The notes: generated by a model not told the origin, from the letters alone. A stretch of DNA of 64,000 nt from Candidatus Omnitrophota bacterium (GCA_044225175.1 JBGAJA010000004.1:145631-209630); one strand, 5' to 3'. Positions 10,033 to 20,150 are shown, numbered from the stretch's first letter. Numbers and translations: made by a program.

Positions 10033-10736
10033 ATCTCTCCATCCTTAAGATAAATCGCTGAATCGTACAATCCTTCTTCTTGTTTAAAATAATGTGTGGC
10101 AACTAATGTGGTTTTACCTTGAGATTTTAATTGTGTGAGAACATTTTGTACAATCTGGCGGGTTTGAGAATCCACAGCATTCAACGGTTCATCCAGGAGC
10201 AATAGAGCTGCATCTTGAGCAATGGCCCTTGCAATCAACACCCTCTGCTGCTGACCTCCAGAAAGCTGAGCAATCTGACGATCGGCCAAATCTTCAATAC
10301 TTAAACTTTTTAAGGCGTCCCATGCTTTCTTATGATCATTTTTATTCACACGATTGATCCATCCTCGATAAACATATCTTCCCGTTAGGACTAAATCCAA
10401 AACACTCATAGGGAATTCCCAGTCTATGCTACTGCGCTGCGGCAGATAAACGACGTGTTGATGGCAGGAACCCAATGGCTGACCAAAAATCTCAACTTCT
10501 CCCGAAGATGGTTTGAGCAAATTACTGGCTACCTTAAACAAAGTCGACTTACCCGCCCCATTATGACCAACAACGGCAACCGATGAACCCCTTTGCACCG
10601 AAATCGAAACATCCTTCAAAGCTAGCCTATCATCTCCCGAATAATGAGCATTCACATGGATCATTGATAAAGCCGGCGCTTTGGCATCTGGACGTTTATG
10701 GGAATGACTGCAGTAAGAAATAAACAATCGACTCAT
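10017..10736 (-). CDS. metal ABC transporter ATP-binding protein (ZnuC/MntA-like)
   Basis: It has a Walker A motif (GHNGAGKST), the signature LSGGQQQR and a Walker B motif LLLLDEP. An ATGA overlap with the upstream binding-protein stop supports translational coupling. Confidence 0.85.
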   Translation of the reverse strand: MSRLFISYCSHSHKRPDAKAPALSMIHVNAHYSGDDRLALKDVSISVQRGSSVAVVGHNGAGKSTLFKVASNLLKPSSGEVEIFGQPLGSCHQHVVYLPQRSSIDWEFPMSVLDLVLTGRYVYRGWINRVNKNDHKKAWDALKSLSIEDLADRQIAQLSGGQQQRVLIARAIAQDAALLLLDEPLNAVDSQTRQIVQNVLTQLKSQGKTTLVATHYFKQEEGLYDSAIYLKDGEICTAC

Positions 10737-11668
10737 GATTGCATCTCTCCATTATCCTTAAGCATATTGACTATGACTTGAGCATTATATTTCATCATTT
10801 TAATGTATGTATCTGCCTGACTGCCCTGCGGTCCTAATGCATCCGTATACAAAGCTGGAGCGAGTTTGATATGAGCTTCATCTGCCAGTGAGGCAATCAT
10901 CTTTGAATTATGAATGTTTTCCGCAAATATAACTTTAACATTGGCTTTTTTGATTTTAAAAAGCAACTCTGCCATTTTTTTGGCTGAGGAGTCTTCAGCT
11001 TCCGTTGTCACAGAGTCAAATGCAGCACCCACAACTTCAAACTGATAACGCTCACAAAAATATCCAAGACTATTGTGGTTAGTGACAATCTTTCTTTGAG
11101 GTCTCGCAATGAAGGCCACTTTTTTCATGATCCAATTGTCTAATTCTTTGAGTTCAACAATATAAGCCATAGTACGACTCTCATATGCTTTGGCGTGATG
11201 AGGGTCCATGGACTTTAATGTGTTATTAATCATATTGACCATTCCAACGACATAACGTATGTTTCCCCAAACATGCGGATCAACATCTTCATAGCGATTA
11301 TCACCACTTTTAAATATGGTCAGAGGACTTTCAACAACTGATTTGGCCAGAACTATTCGACTAGCTTTGGAGTTTGCAGCAGTATAAAGTTTATTCATCC
11401 AATGTTCTAAACCAAAACCATTCTCAAAAATTACATCTGCATGGGCTAAAGCCACACTATCAGACGCTGAGGGTTCGAACGTATGAGCGTCACTATCTGG
11501 CCCCACTAGTGTTGTAAGCTCCACTTGATCGGAGGCGATATTTTTAATCCAATCAGCAATAATGCTGGTTGTCGCAACAACCTTAAGCTTCTTATCTGAC
11601 TCTGCCCGAGTCACAGATGGACATATCAAGCACAGACTAATGAGCAGAACAAACCAACACGTCTTCAT
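10733..11668 (-). CDS. metal-binding lipoprotein / substrate-binding protein, cluster A-I (TroA/ZnuA/MntC family)
   Basis: It has a signal peptide (VTRA|ES). Motifs DPHVWGNIRYV and HNSLGYF are typical of Zn/Mn binding proteins. Confidence 0.8.
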   Translation of the reverse strand: MKTCWFVLLISLCLICPSVTRAESDKKLKVVATTSIIADWIKNIASDQVELTTLVGPDSDAHTFEPSASDSVALAHADVIFENGFGLEHWMNKLYTAANSKASRIVLAKSVVESPLTIFKSGDNRYEDVDPHVWGNIRYVVGMVNMINNTLKSMDPHHAKAYESRTMAYIVELKELDNWIMKKVAFIARPQRKIVTNHNSLGYFCERYQFEVVGAAFDSVTTEAEDSSAKKMAELLFKIKKANVKVIFAENIHNSKMIASLADEAHIKLAPALYTDALGPQGSQADTYIKMMKYNAQVIVNMLKDNGEMQS

Positions 11669-11903
11669 GACACTCCTTGCATTCTTTAGTCGGATGATGC
11701 TTAGAAAGATCTTCCCAATGCTTTTTGCGATGCGGCGTTAAAAGCCCAGTCCCCTGACAAAATGGACAGGCATTATCTAAAGCTGCCAAAATAGCCCCTC
11801 TAATAAACTCAGAACGATTAGGGACCTTTTTTAACAACTTCACAAGCTCTTTATCTACTTTGAATGTTAAAACTTCAATATCTTTAGGCTTAGGTTTATT
11901 CAT
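11637..11903 (-). CDS. small ribbon-helix-helix (CopG-like) regulator with a C-terminal Cys/His-rich metal-binding tail
   Basis: The N-terminus is an RHH (NRSEFIRGAILAAL). The C-terminus reads CPFCQGTG…HRKKHWEDLSKHHPTKECKECHEDVLVCSAH. An SD AGGAG lies 7 nt before the ATG. The gene overlaps the binding-protein gene. Confidence 0.5.
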   Translation of the reverse strand: MNKPKPKDIEVLTFKVDKELVKLLKKVPNRSEFIRGAILAALDNACPFCQGTGLLTPHRKKHWEDLSKHHPTKECKECHEDVLVCSAH

Positions 11904-11925
11904 TTAGTCTCCTGATAGTCTAAAA

Positions 11926-11942
11926 GTAATACCAAGTATTAC
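11926..11942. promoter_or_regulatory. candidate operator, perfect inverted repeat GTAATAC-caa-GTATTAC
   Basis: The repeat lies 23-39 nt upstream of the RHH regulator's ATG, just downstream of a TATACT -10-like hexamer on the minus strand. Confidence 0.35.
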
Positions 11943-11980
11943 CGAAGTATAAAATAAAAAGAGGATTTGTCAATGAATGG

Positions 11981-13165
11981 TTAAAACCTAAGCTTGTATT
12001 GCAGGGTGAATTCGGTTTCGTTGTCTTTTTGCTGCTGGGTGTGGGTGTTTTCGGAGATCGCCTGATCGCGTGAGGTGGGAAGATATTTCTGAGCCACGTT
12101 AAATGAGAATTTATCGGTGACGTTCAGTTGACCTTCTATACTTTTGGAATAACCCAAACGCCTGGTCTGCCCCACCTGTTCATCTTTTTGATCAAATCTC
12201 ATACCTACATTAAAAGAATCCGTAAGGCTTTTCCTTAATCCAAAATCATGTCCTTGCATATTCGGGGTGCCTGACCACCCTTTGGTTATTAAAGCAGTCA
12301 GTATTTCTCTTTCACTCATAGGTGGATCAGAACTAAAAAGTAAAATGGGTTTTGATAACGTTCCTTTAATGGCCATATCAATATTAATGTCATCTACAGA
12401 TGTAGTTCCATGAATATCCAAAGAAGGATTAGACACATCTCCTTTAAGTTCAGCAACACTCTTAGTCAAATCAATATTGATTCGATCAACTTTAACTAAA
12501 GCTGATTCCATCGTTAAAGAACCCTTCATTTGAGGAAGCTTCCCCAGAGACATAATGGTCAAATCTAAATGACTAAACCCATCAATGACCTGAGTATTCT
12601 TATAAGCAAACTTATCTACCAAGAAATGACCGGTAAAGTGCGGCTCCTGCAGAGTCCCGTCCACATCTAAATCTATTCGACTAAAAAACCCATAAATATC
12701 TTTAGCAAGCATGTCATAGCCAAGAGCTGAGACAAATTCTTTTGTATCAATCGTATTGGCAAAACAATTGCCACGAATTTTATTATCAGTAATAGTTCCT
12801 TCAAAAATAATGGACTCTGAAGAAACATCTAGTTTGGCATGTGTAATCTTAACAAACAGGGTCTTCCAGAAAACGATCGGTAGTTGGAAATAAATATCTT
12901 GGGCTTGAATAACAGCGCCTTTAAAATCTGGAATATTGCTTATAGTCACGTTCTTAAGAGTTAAACCTTTTTCAATTGTTCCTGAATACTCCCCTATCTT
13001 TATATTAGTAAAAGGCATGTAGGCCTGAGCAAAACACGTCACGATGATTTTTGCCCCTTCAGTTGTTGTTAAGAAACCATAGGCTCCTACACATAATGCA
13101 ATAGCAATCCAACAAGGGATAACTAAAGAGGAAAAGAAACTTTGTACTAAATATCGTGTTTTCAT
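11981..13165 (-). CDS. mini TamB/AsmA-like protein (DUF490-type C-terminus)
   Basis: It has an N-terminal TM anchor and is beta-rich. The C-terminal motif KPILLFSSDPPMSEREILTALITKGW resembles the TamB C-terminal DUF490 consensus (P.i.L.S.Pplse.eILs.L..G). At 394 aa it is far shorter than canonical TamB. Confidence 0.45.
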   Translation of the reverse strand: MKTRYLVQSFFSSLVIPCWIAIALCVGAYGFLTTTEGAKIIVTCFAQAYMPFTNIKIGEYSGTIEKGLTLKNVTISNIPDFKGAVIQAQDIYFQLPIVFWKTLFVKITHAKLDVSSESIIFEGTITDNKIRGNCFANTIDTKEFVSALGYDMLAKDIYGFFSRIDLDVDGTLQEPHFTGHFLVDKFAYKNTQVIDGFSHLDLTIMSLGKLPQMKGSLTMESALVKVDRINIDLTKSVAELKGDVSNPSLDIHGTTSVDDINIDMAIKGTLSKPILLFSSDPPMSEREILTALITKGWSGTPNMQGHDFGLRKSLTDSFNVGMRFDQKDEQVGQTRRLGYSKSIEGQLNVTDKFSFNVAQKYLPTSRDQAISENTHTQQQKDNETEFTLQYKLRF

Positions 13166-13171
13166 GAAATA

Positions 13172-13759
13172 TTATTTTAAAGATGCCATGATTTCGATAA
13201 TACCTTTCCGGATCATCATGACACCGATTGCAGCGAGCAATAGTGACATCACTTTAGACAAAGCCTTTGAACCATTAGTTCCCAAAATTCTAATCAGCTT
13301 ATCCGATAAGAATAAAACAATTGCAACGATGAGAATATTAGAAAGGACTGCCGTTAAAGCAATTCCTGGACCATACTGATTCATCAACATCAAGGCCATG
13401 GTCAATACTGCAGGTCCAACAATTAACGGGGTCCCCAAAGGCACTGATCCTAGATCGGAAGATCTAGATTTGGACACTTCCCCTGGCTGGCTTAGCATAT
13501 CAACAATAGATAAGCAAAAGAGAATGAGCCCACCTGCAATCATGAAATCTCCCATGCTAATGCCTAAGAAATTAAAAATGGCTTTACCTAAAAAGATAAA
13601 GCCAAATGCTAACAGTGTTGCTGTCATCAAAGATTGCACAATGGTCTTATGTTTCTGCTCTGGAGTAAGAGAGCTAGTCAGTCCCACAAAAATAACAAGA
13701 ATCCCCAGAGGATCCATTGCAAAAAACATTGGAATAAAAGCTAATAGTAGATGATCCAT
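13172..13759 (-). CDS. MarC family (UPF0056) membrane protein
   Basis: Its start MDHLLLAFIPMFFAMDPLGILVIFVGL is a MarC N-terminal signature. The ATG at 13757-13759 follows a GGAG. The track start at 13816 is an extension. Confidence 0.75.
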   Translation of the reverse strand: MDHLLLAFIPMFFAMDPLGILVIFVGLTSSLTPEQKHKTIVQSLMTATLLAFGFIFLGKAIFNFLGISMGDFMIAGGLILFCLSIVDMLSQPGEVSKSRSSDLGSVPLGTPLIVGPAVLTMALMLMNQYGPGIALTAVLSNILIVAIVLFLSDKLIRILGTNGSKALSKVMSLLLAAIGVMMIRKGIIEIMASLK

Positions 13760-13874
13760 TTTTAACTCCTTTACTGCCTTCAGTATATCACACACCATAA
13801 TAGCGGCAGGCACCATTTTCTACTTTCTTGCAATAATCAACTCCTTTTAAGCAATATTGTGGTAGATTTTATTC

Positions 13875-15134
13875 ATGTCTTTCATGGAAAAAATCAAACA
13901 AAATCCTGCCCTTAAAAATATTGGCTTATTCCTTGCCATCTTTGGCCCAGGCTTTGTCACCGGCAGCGTTGACAATGATGCAGGGGGCATTACCACATAT
14001 TCCGTTGCTGGCGCTCATTATGGATACAGCCTCATTTGGACACTCATCCCTTCTTTTATTGCCTTAATTGTTGTGCAAGAAATGAATTTGCGCATGGGAG
14101 TTTATACCGGTAAAGGGTTAGCTGATCTCATCCGTGAAAACTTTGGCGTTAAAATTACTTTCTGGATATTCTTAGGCCTTCTCATTGCGGACTTGGGAAA
14201 TACCGCGACTGAATTTGCTGGGATTGCAGGTAGTTTAGACATATTTGGTGTCAGCAAATATATTTCTGTCCCTCTATCAGCCATAGCTGTCTGGATTTTA
14301 GTGACTAAAGGCAATTACTCTTTAGCCGAGAGAATCTTTATTCTCTTTAGCGTGTGCCTATTGTCCTATATTATTTCTGCTCTACAAGCCAAACCCGACT
14401 GGAACCAAGTTGCCGCATCAATCATCCATCCTCAAATTCAAATGAATAAAGACTATCTGACCATGGTGTTAGGAATTATAGGAACTACGATTGCCCCGTG
14501 GATGCAATTTTACATGCAAAGTGCTGTTATTGAAAAAGGCACACATATTGATAATTATAAAATGGCTTTTGTGGATGTCTTAATTGGCTGTATTGCAACT
14601 GTCACTGTAGCGTTCTTTATTATGGTAGCCTGTGCTGCGACGCTGCATCAAAACGGCATCGTGATTAATGAGGCCAAAGATGCCGCACTTGCCCTTAAAC
14701 CTTTTGCCGGAGCTTTTGCATCTCATGTGTTTGCTTTTGGGTTATTTGTGGCATCCATCTTCTCAGCAACAATCCTGCCTTTAGCGACTGCCTTTTATAT
14801 CTGTGAAGCTTTTGGATTTGAAGCAGGGATTGATAAGAAAGTCCATGAAGCTCCTCAATTCTATTCCCTCTTTGCCTTTATATTGATTGTTGGGGTCATT
14901 GTTATTCTTATTCCAAATGCCCCTCTCATTCAAATCACCCTATGGACACAGGTCATTAATGCCATGCTTCTTCCTGTCGTATTAGTCTCTATGATTCTTA
15001 TGGTCAATAACCCTGAGATTATGGGCGACAAGGTGAACAATAAATTCCAAAACATCGTTGGTTGGTCTACGACGATTATTCTCACAGTTTTAACTGTGAT
15101 TTTATTGTCTATGAATTTATTTAATCATTCCTAA
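13875..15134 (+). CDS. NRAMP-superfamily divalent metal transporter (MntH-like, divergent)
   Basis: It is a 419-aa, ~11-TM protein. The N-terminal motif GPGFVTGSVDNDAGG is a variant of the NRAMP 'DPGN' motif. Confidence 0.65.
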   Translation: MSFMEKIKQNPALKNIGLFLAIFGPGFVTGSVDNDAGGITTYSVAGAHYGYSLIWTLIPSFIALIVVQEMNLRMGVYTGKGLADLIRENFGVKITFWIFLGLLIADLGNTATEFAGIAGSLDIFGVSKYISVPLSAIAVWILVTKGNYSLAERIFILFSVCLLSYIISALQAKPDWNQVAASIIHPQIQMNKDYLTMVLGIIGTTIAPWMQFYMQSAVIEKGTHIDNYKMAFVDVLIGCIATVTVAFFIMVACAATLHQNGIVINEAKDAALALKPFAGAFASHVFAFGLFVASIFSATILPLATAFYICEAFGFEAGIDKKVHEAPQFYSLFAFILIVGVIVILIPNAPLIQITLWTQVINAMLLPVVLVSMILMVNNPEIMGDKVNNKFQNIVGWSTTIILTVLTVILLSMNLFNHS

Positions 15135-15144
15135 CCAAACCAGC

Positions 15145-15918
15145 CTACTCAGACAGTTTTTTAAAACGAGATCGATGAAAGAACAAGGCTGCTGCAAGAA
15201 GAGTTCCTACGACTACAAGAGAGTTAACAAACATTGCAGCCATAGACCTTAGATCGGAAGCAGACAAATTTTTAGCTTCCGTGGATTCTTTTAGCAAGAT
15301 TTGACTTCTAGCCCAGTCTGCCATTTGAGGATAAACGACAAGAACACCGACAACCAAAGTTAAAAAATATGCAATAGCACCATAGGCAGCCCATGCCCTA
15401 AGCCTTAGAATATCAATTCCAATTTTAATACAAAATACACCTAACAAAAAAGTGACAACCATACTCCAAGGTTCAGATAAATTCATACCAAATAAAGGTG
15501 GCACTTTGTGATGTAGCGTCCCTCGGATCACCTGATTACATCCATCATTAATTAATATAAATCCAATGGCCATGGTGATCCAATTTTCATTGATTTTGAT
15601 CTCTTTCTCGACTAAAAGCTTTTGGGGATCAGAGGGAGGCAGACCTTCCTTAGGATTTAGAAATATACTTAAAGCCATATGTCCAACACTTCGAATCTTA
15701 AAAACATGGATCAACAACATTTGCAGAGGAAACACTAAAAGAAGTAAAACTAAATAGATGAAAGAAAGATCATAATAACTACCCCACTTTCCTGCTGCAA
15801 GATAATGAACCCATCCCATAACCACACAAAGCAAATTAAAATCAATATAGGCAGCCCCTACTAGACGAAATTTTGAAGCGGGAAAATTTAGAGGAACTTC
15901 TGCTGGAGTTGTAGTCAT
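15145..15918 (-). CDS. polytopic membrane protein, unknown function
   Basis: The 257-aa product has ~6 hydrophobic helices. I recognise no motif. Confidence 0.4.
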   Translation of the reverse strand: MTTTPAEVPLNFPASKFRLVGAAYIDFNLLCVVMGWVHYLAAGKWGSYYDLSFIYLVLLLLVFPLQMLLIHVFKIRSVGHMALSIFLNPKEGLPPSDPQKLLVEKEIKINENWITMAIGFILINDGCNQVIRGTLHHKVPPLFGMNLSEPWSMVVTFLLGVFCIKIGIDILRLRAWAAYGAIAYFLTLVVGVLVVYPQMADWARSQILLKESTEAKNLSASDLRSMAAMFVNSLVVVGTLLAAALFFHRSRFKKLSE

Positions 15919-15927
15919 TGTTCTGTC

Positions 15928-16263
15928 CTATCCATTTTTTTCAAAATACGGTTCATATCTTTCTTTTTGAGAGCCTCTTAAAAGTTCCGGTGCTTTTCCT
16001 GATGTGGCTTGAACCCGAAGAATGTAATCAGAAGCTGGTGAACTTCCAGAAGAAGGATCATAAAACTTAACAATCCACGAATTTTCTTCAGGTAAATAAA
16101 TAGCCCGTGATTCGCTAAGACTTAAGCTAATCGGAGGATTACTGGATTCAGCCACCTGACGGGCGAGTCGAACAGCCTCTTCTTTTTGTATTCCCATGGA
16201 AGGCTGACAGTAAGCTATGGAAGCTAAAAATATTGTTAACATAAAAATCGTAATAGTTTTCAT
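15928..16263 (-). CDS. small secreted or lipoprotein (PepSY-like?)
   Basis: It has a signal peptide with a Cys (SIAYC|Q). The 111-aa product may contain a PepSY-like segment (EEAVRLARQVAES). Confidence 0.35.
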   Translation of the reverse strand: MKTITIFMLTIFLASIAYCQPSMGIQKEEAVRLARQVAESSNPPISLSLSESRAIYLPEENSWIVKFYDPSSGSSPASDYILRVQATSGKAPELLRGSQKERYEPYFEKNG

Positions 16264-16271
16264 AAGCCCTC

Positions 16272-17084
16272 CTATTGTTTCTGATAATATTTCATCGCTT
16301 CAGGAATTTCAGCCTGAATATTTTTAATGCGTGTCTGATCCGAAGGATGCGTACTTAAAAATTCTAACGGAGCTTTTCCATCTTTGGATCTTGCCATCCT
16401 TTCCCAGAAGGCTACTGCTGCATTTGGATCATACCCTGCCATCGACATAAAGATCAACCCCAAATGATCCGCTTCACTTTCTTGCATACGACTGTAAGGC
16501 AATAAAATTCCATATTGGCTGCCAGCATTAAAAGCGGTCATCCAAAGTTTTTTGGTTTCTTCGGGTTTATTTTGGAGGGCCGCTGACAACGTAAACTCTC
16601 CTAAAGAAGAAAGCAATCCCTGACTCATTCGCTCATTGCCATGTTGGGCAATGGCATGGGCAATCTCATGAGACATAACAACAGCAAGCCCCGAATCATC
16701 CTGGGCAACCGGTAGAATTCCAGTATACACAACAACCTTTCCTCCTGGCATGCACCATGCATTGACATCTTTACTTTCAACTAAATTAAACTCCCACTTA
16801 TAGTTCTTTATCTTGTCTGACAAATTATTCTGCTGCATATACTGTTCAACAGCCCTTTGAATTCGCCCCCCAACCCTCTTGACCATCTGAGCCTGTGTTT
16901 GATTTGTACTTAACTTATTTGATTTTAAAAACTCCCCGTATTCCTGAGCACTCATAGAAAGCATCACATCAGAGGGAATAAAATCCAACTGACGACGACC
17001 AGTTAACGGTACCGTTGAACATGAAGTAAAAATAAAACAAAAAATACAAAAGATCATAACAAGTTTTAACTGATTCTTCATCAT
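16272..17084 (-). CDS. M48-family zinc metalloprotease (BepA/YfgC/HtpX-like), lipoprotein
   Basis: It has the HEIAHAIAQH (HExxH) motif, a downstream E(SEAD) and a signal peptide with a lipobox-like FTSC. Confidence 0.75.
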   Translation of the reverse strand: MMKNQLKLVMIFCIFCFIFTSCSTVPLTGRRQLDFIPSDVMLSMSAQEYGEFLKSNKLSTNQTQAQMVKRVGGRIQRAVEQYMQQNNLSDKIKNYKWEFNLVESKDVNAWCMPGGKVVVYTGILPVAQDDSGLAVVMSHEIAHAIAQHGNERMSQGLLSSLGEFTLSAALQNKPEETKKLWMTAFNAGSQYGILLPYSRMQESEADHLGLIFMSMAGYDPNAAVAFWERMARSKDGKAPLEFLSTHPSDQTRIKNIQAEIPEAMKYYQKQ

Positions 17085-17095
17085 TCCTTCTCCTT

Positions 17096-20020
17096 TTACA
17101 ATATTGAGAAACTTTTGATTGCTTGGATCAAACTTGCCGTATCGTCACCTTTATTAAAATAACCAGAAGCTCCAGCATCTTTCATTGCCTGGGACATTTC
17201 ACTTTCAGCCTGCACGGAAAGCCCAATGATCTTACAACGTAGATGTCGTTTAGATAAAATCTTAGTCGCTTCAATGCCATTCATAATAGGCATATTAACA
17301 TCCATAAGAATGATATCAGGATCTGCTATTTCTGCTTTTTGGATGGCTTCCTCTCCATTTGCAGCCTCAATTACTTCCCTAATAAATGATTGTGACTTAA
17401 GAAGGCTTGCGATCGATTGACGGATGATAGGATGATCATCAACAACTAAGACAAGCATACCTTCTTTAGCCGATCGCTCTCTAGCAAATGATTTCTCATG
17501 AAAAATATCTATTTTCTTTTCTCCTGCACGAATTTCATCTGGAACCGTCAAGGTAAAAATGGATCCTTGAGAAAGAATGGATGATATCTTTAAATCACCC
17601 CCTAAAGCTTTAATTCTTTCTCTGATACTAAACAAACCAAAACCACCTTTATCATGCATACCAAGATTTGCCAAATTAAACCCAATACCTTTATCTTCAA
17701 CAATCACTTGAATAACACCATCTAATCGCTCGACAGTCACAAAGCATTCACTGACCTTCGCATACTTAACAGCATTGAATATTAGTTCCTGAACGCATTG
17801 ATAAATTAAAACTTTAATTAAATCACTTCCTGGTTCTATGTCGGATGAAATCAATAGATGGGTATATATTTTGTGCTGATCTTCCATCTTCTGGGCCAAA
17901 AAACGTAATCCCGCAGCTAAACCTCCCTCATAAAGGACAGGTGGTCGCAGGTCCGCTGTTAACTGTCGAGAAGAATCTGCCGCTTGTTCAATATAAGACC
18001 GGGCCTCATCCAATCCTTTTTTATCAAGACTCACAGCTTTCTTTTCAAGCAAATCCAATCGCATCTTAGCCGCAACAAGATATTGCTGAAGATGATCATG
18101 CAGAACCTCTGCAAGCCGGCGACGTTCTTTCTGTTCTACTTGAGTTAATTCAACAGCCAATTTTCTTAAACGTTCCGTTTGATCCTCTAAGGACTTGGTG
18201 CGATCTTTAACTCTTGCCTCAAGCGCTTCTGTCAGTAAACGAAGACTTTGCTCACTTTCTTCCAAACTTTGAATAGTACTTGCCCGCTCAAGGGATTCCC
18301 AACACCTACTCACAACTAAACTCACCAATTCAATTTCCTCAGGAGTCCATTGACGAGGAAATTTTTGATGAACAGCCATAGCCGCCGTAAATTTTCCTGC
18401 CTTGTGGAGAGGAACACAAATAACAGCTCGAATAGCGGTTGCCCTATAGGCCGCTAGATCTTTCTTTGTTATTCTAGGATCTTGATCCGTATCCGAAACA
18501 ATAAACGGTTGATTAGCAAGCATAATCCTTTGACATTCAGCGCCAAAAGCAGCAACAGGCCATCGCCCTTTAATTGTCGGCACACTCTTAGGATAATCCC
18601 CAGTAATTACAAAAATTTTTCCATTTTCTTCAATCTGTGCGTAAGCACATCGATTCACATTTAAATGTTCACCAAGCATACAGGCAGTTACAGCCATAAT
18701 CGCATCCGGATGAGTAAGACTTTGGGTAGCCGTGTTTAAATCCACGAGAAAACGCAGCGTTTCTTCATCTTTTTTTCTCTGTGTCACATCTTGAATTGTA
18801 CCGCGCAAGCCTATGATATTTCTTTGCTCATCATAAACAGCTTCTCCTCGATTAGTAATCCATTGGACTGTGCCATCAGCTTTCCTGGATTCTAAATCAA
18901 GCTCATAACTGACACCATTTTGAAGAGCATTTTCCACTGCTACTTTGACCTTCTCCCAACTCTGGTCGGTATAATGATAAAGCGCTTTGTTATCAGGAAG
19001 AAAAGATGGGTAAGAATCTTGCGCAGGCAGTCCCTTGATAAAGAAAACTTCTGGAGATACCGATACCTTTCTTGTTTTTGCATCCATATACCAACTTCCG
19101 ATATGAGCTAACTGTTGAGCTTCCTGTAATTCTTTTTCTTTTTGTTTAAGCGCATTCTGAGCGAGGTATTGGGAAGAAATGCGGGCATTTAGTTCTTTAG
19201 CATTCAAATAAAGAATGCCCCCAATGATAAGGATAAAAAACAAGGTCCTTAAAGCGGTCCCCGTTGCAAAATCATATAAACCTAAATGATCTCCTTGCAG
19301 CCTCAAAAACCCTGTTAAAATTGCGAAAAAAACAGCAGGAATAAAGAATTTTAAAATTAATTGCCGACCCGTATCTGTTGTAGTAAATTCCTTCATCATT
19401 CCTTCATAAGGTTTAATTAAGATGATCGAAATTCCCACGCAAATTAGCAAAATAGCACTTGGCAAAGCAATGGCAGTAAAAGATGCCATGCCAAACATAA
19501 CTTTTGCATTAAATAAATATCCTAAGAGTCCTGTCAAGCCAATCAAGACAACAATACTCCCCAAAATTTGTACATAAATAATCTTGAACCTTGATGAGGT
19601 TGAAAATAAAAGTGCAGTACCTGCTAATGTAAAGGACAATGAGGCTGGTATTCCCATTCGGTTGGGATGTATTACACCTAGAGCTCCTGGGGGTTCTCGA
19701 GCCAAAAGATTATCGATACCAAATTCAAATTTGAATATATTTTCCACTAGAGTTAAGAAACCAATCGCGAGAACAATTCCGGAAATCAACCTTACTACAT
19801 TCAAAACAATCGCCTTTCGAACCAAACTCACATGTAAGGCAATGGTGATTCCTAATAATAAGAAACAAAAAGCTGTGTTAGTTTTCATGGTAATTGCTGT
19901 CAATCCCTGCAAAGCAAAATCCCCAAAAAACCATTGCCATAGATGAAAACCGCCCATGAAGACAGTGAAACCAGAGAGAATTTGCACGGTCAAAATGTAT
20001 GAATCAAAAACCATTACCAT
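17096..20020 (-). CDS. hybrid sensor histidine kinase (multi-TM sensor, PAS, GAF, HisKA_3, HATPase, C-terminal REC)
   Basis: The 974-aa product has ~8 N-terminal TM helices. It has a PAS (…WYMDAKTRKVSVSPE…) and a GAF, and a NarL-type H-box (LHDHLQQYL). The ATP-lid has an N-box (LIFNAVKYA) and a G-box (DKGIGF). The receiver has DD…D (VLVVDDHP…ILMDVNMP). Confidence 0.85.
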   Translation of the reverse strand: MVMVFDSYILTVQILSGFTVFMGGFHLWQWFFGDFALQGLTAITMKTNTAFCFLLLGITIALHVSLVRKAIVLNVVRLISGIVLAIGFLTLVENIFKFEFGIDNLLAREPPGALGVIHPNRMGIPASLSFTLAGTALLFSTSSRFKIIYVQILGSIVVLIGLTGLLGYLFNAKVMFGMASFTAIALPSAILLICVGISIILIKPYEGMMKEFTTTDTGRQLILKFFIPAVFFAILTGFLRLQGDHLGLYDFATGTALRTLFFILIIGGILYLNAKELNARISSQYLAQNALKQKEKELQEAQQLAHIGSWYMDAKTRKVSVSPEVFFIKGLPAQDSYPSFLPDNKALYHYTDQSWEKVKVAVENALQNGVSYELDLESRKADGTVQWITNRGEAVYDEQRNIIGLRGTIQDVTQRKKDEETLRFLVDLNTATQSLTHPDAIMAVTACMLGEHLNVNRCAYAQIEENGKIFVITGDYPKSVPTIKGRWPVAAFGAECQRIMLANQPFIVSDTDQDPRITKKDLAAYRATAIRAVICVPLHKAGKFTAAMAVHQKFPRQWTPEEIELVSLVVSRCWESLERASTIQSLEESEQSLRLLTEALEARVKDRTKSLEDQTERLRKLAVELTQVEQKERRRLAEVLHDHLQQYLVAAKMRLDLLEKKAVSLDKKGLDEARSYIEQAADSSRQLTADLRPPVLYEGGLAAGLRFLAQKMEDQHKIYTHLLISSDIEPGSDLIKVLIYQCVQELIFNAVKYAKVSECFVTVERLDGVIQVIVEDKGIGFNLANLGMHDKGGFGLFSIRERIKALGGDLKISSILSQGSIFTLTVPDEIRAGEKKIDIFHEKSFARERSAKEGMLVLVVDDHPIIRQSIASLLKSQSFIREVIEAANGEEAIQKAEIADPDIILMDVNMPIMNGIEATKILSKRHLRCKIIGLSVQAESEMSQAMKDAGASGYFNKGDDTASLIQAIKSFSIL

Positions 20021-20150
20021 TCCTTCTAATGATTAAAAATGTTCTTCCAATACTGAACAATCTTACTGCGGATTATTAATTAAAGCAACTTACCAAGGAA
20101 AGAATTAAGCTGAGGTTAAAATAGGATGAACAATCATCGATCTCATTGTT

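Noticed and set aside
13817-13874. A Mn2+ (yybP-ykoY) riboswitch ahead of the NRAMP gene
   Set aside because: The intergenic leader is under 60 nt, too short for the aptamer, and no conserved riboswitch blocks are seen.
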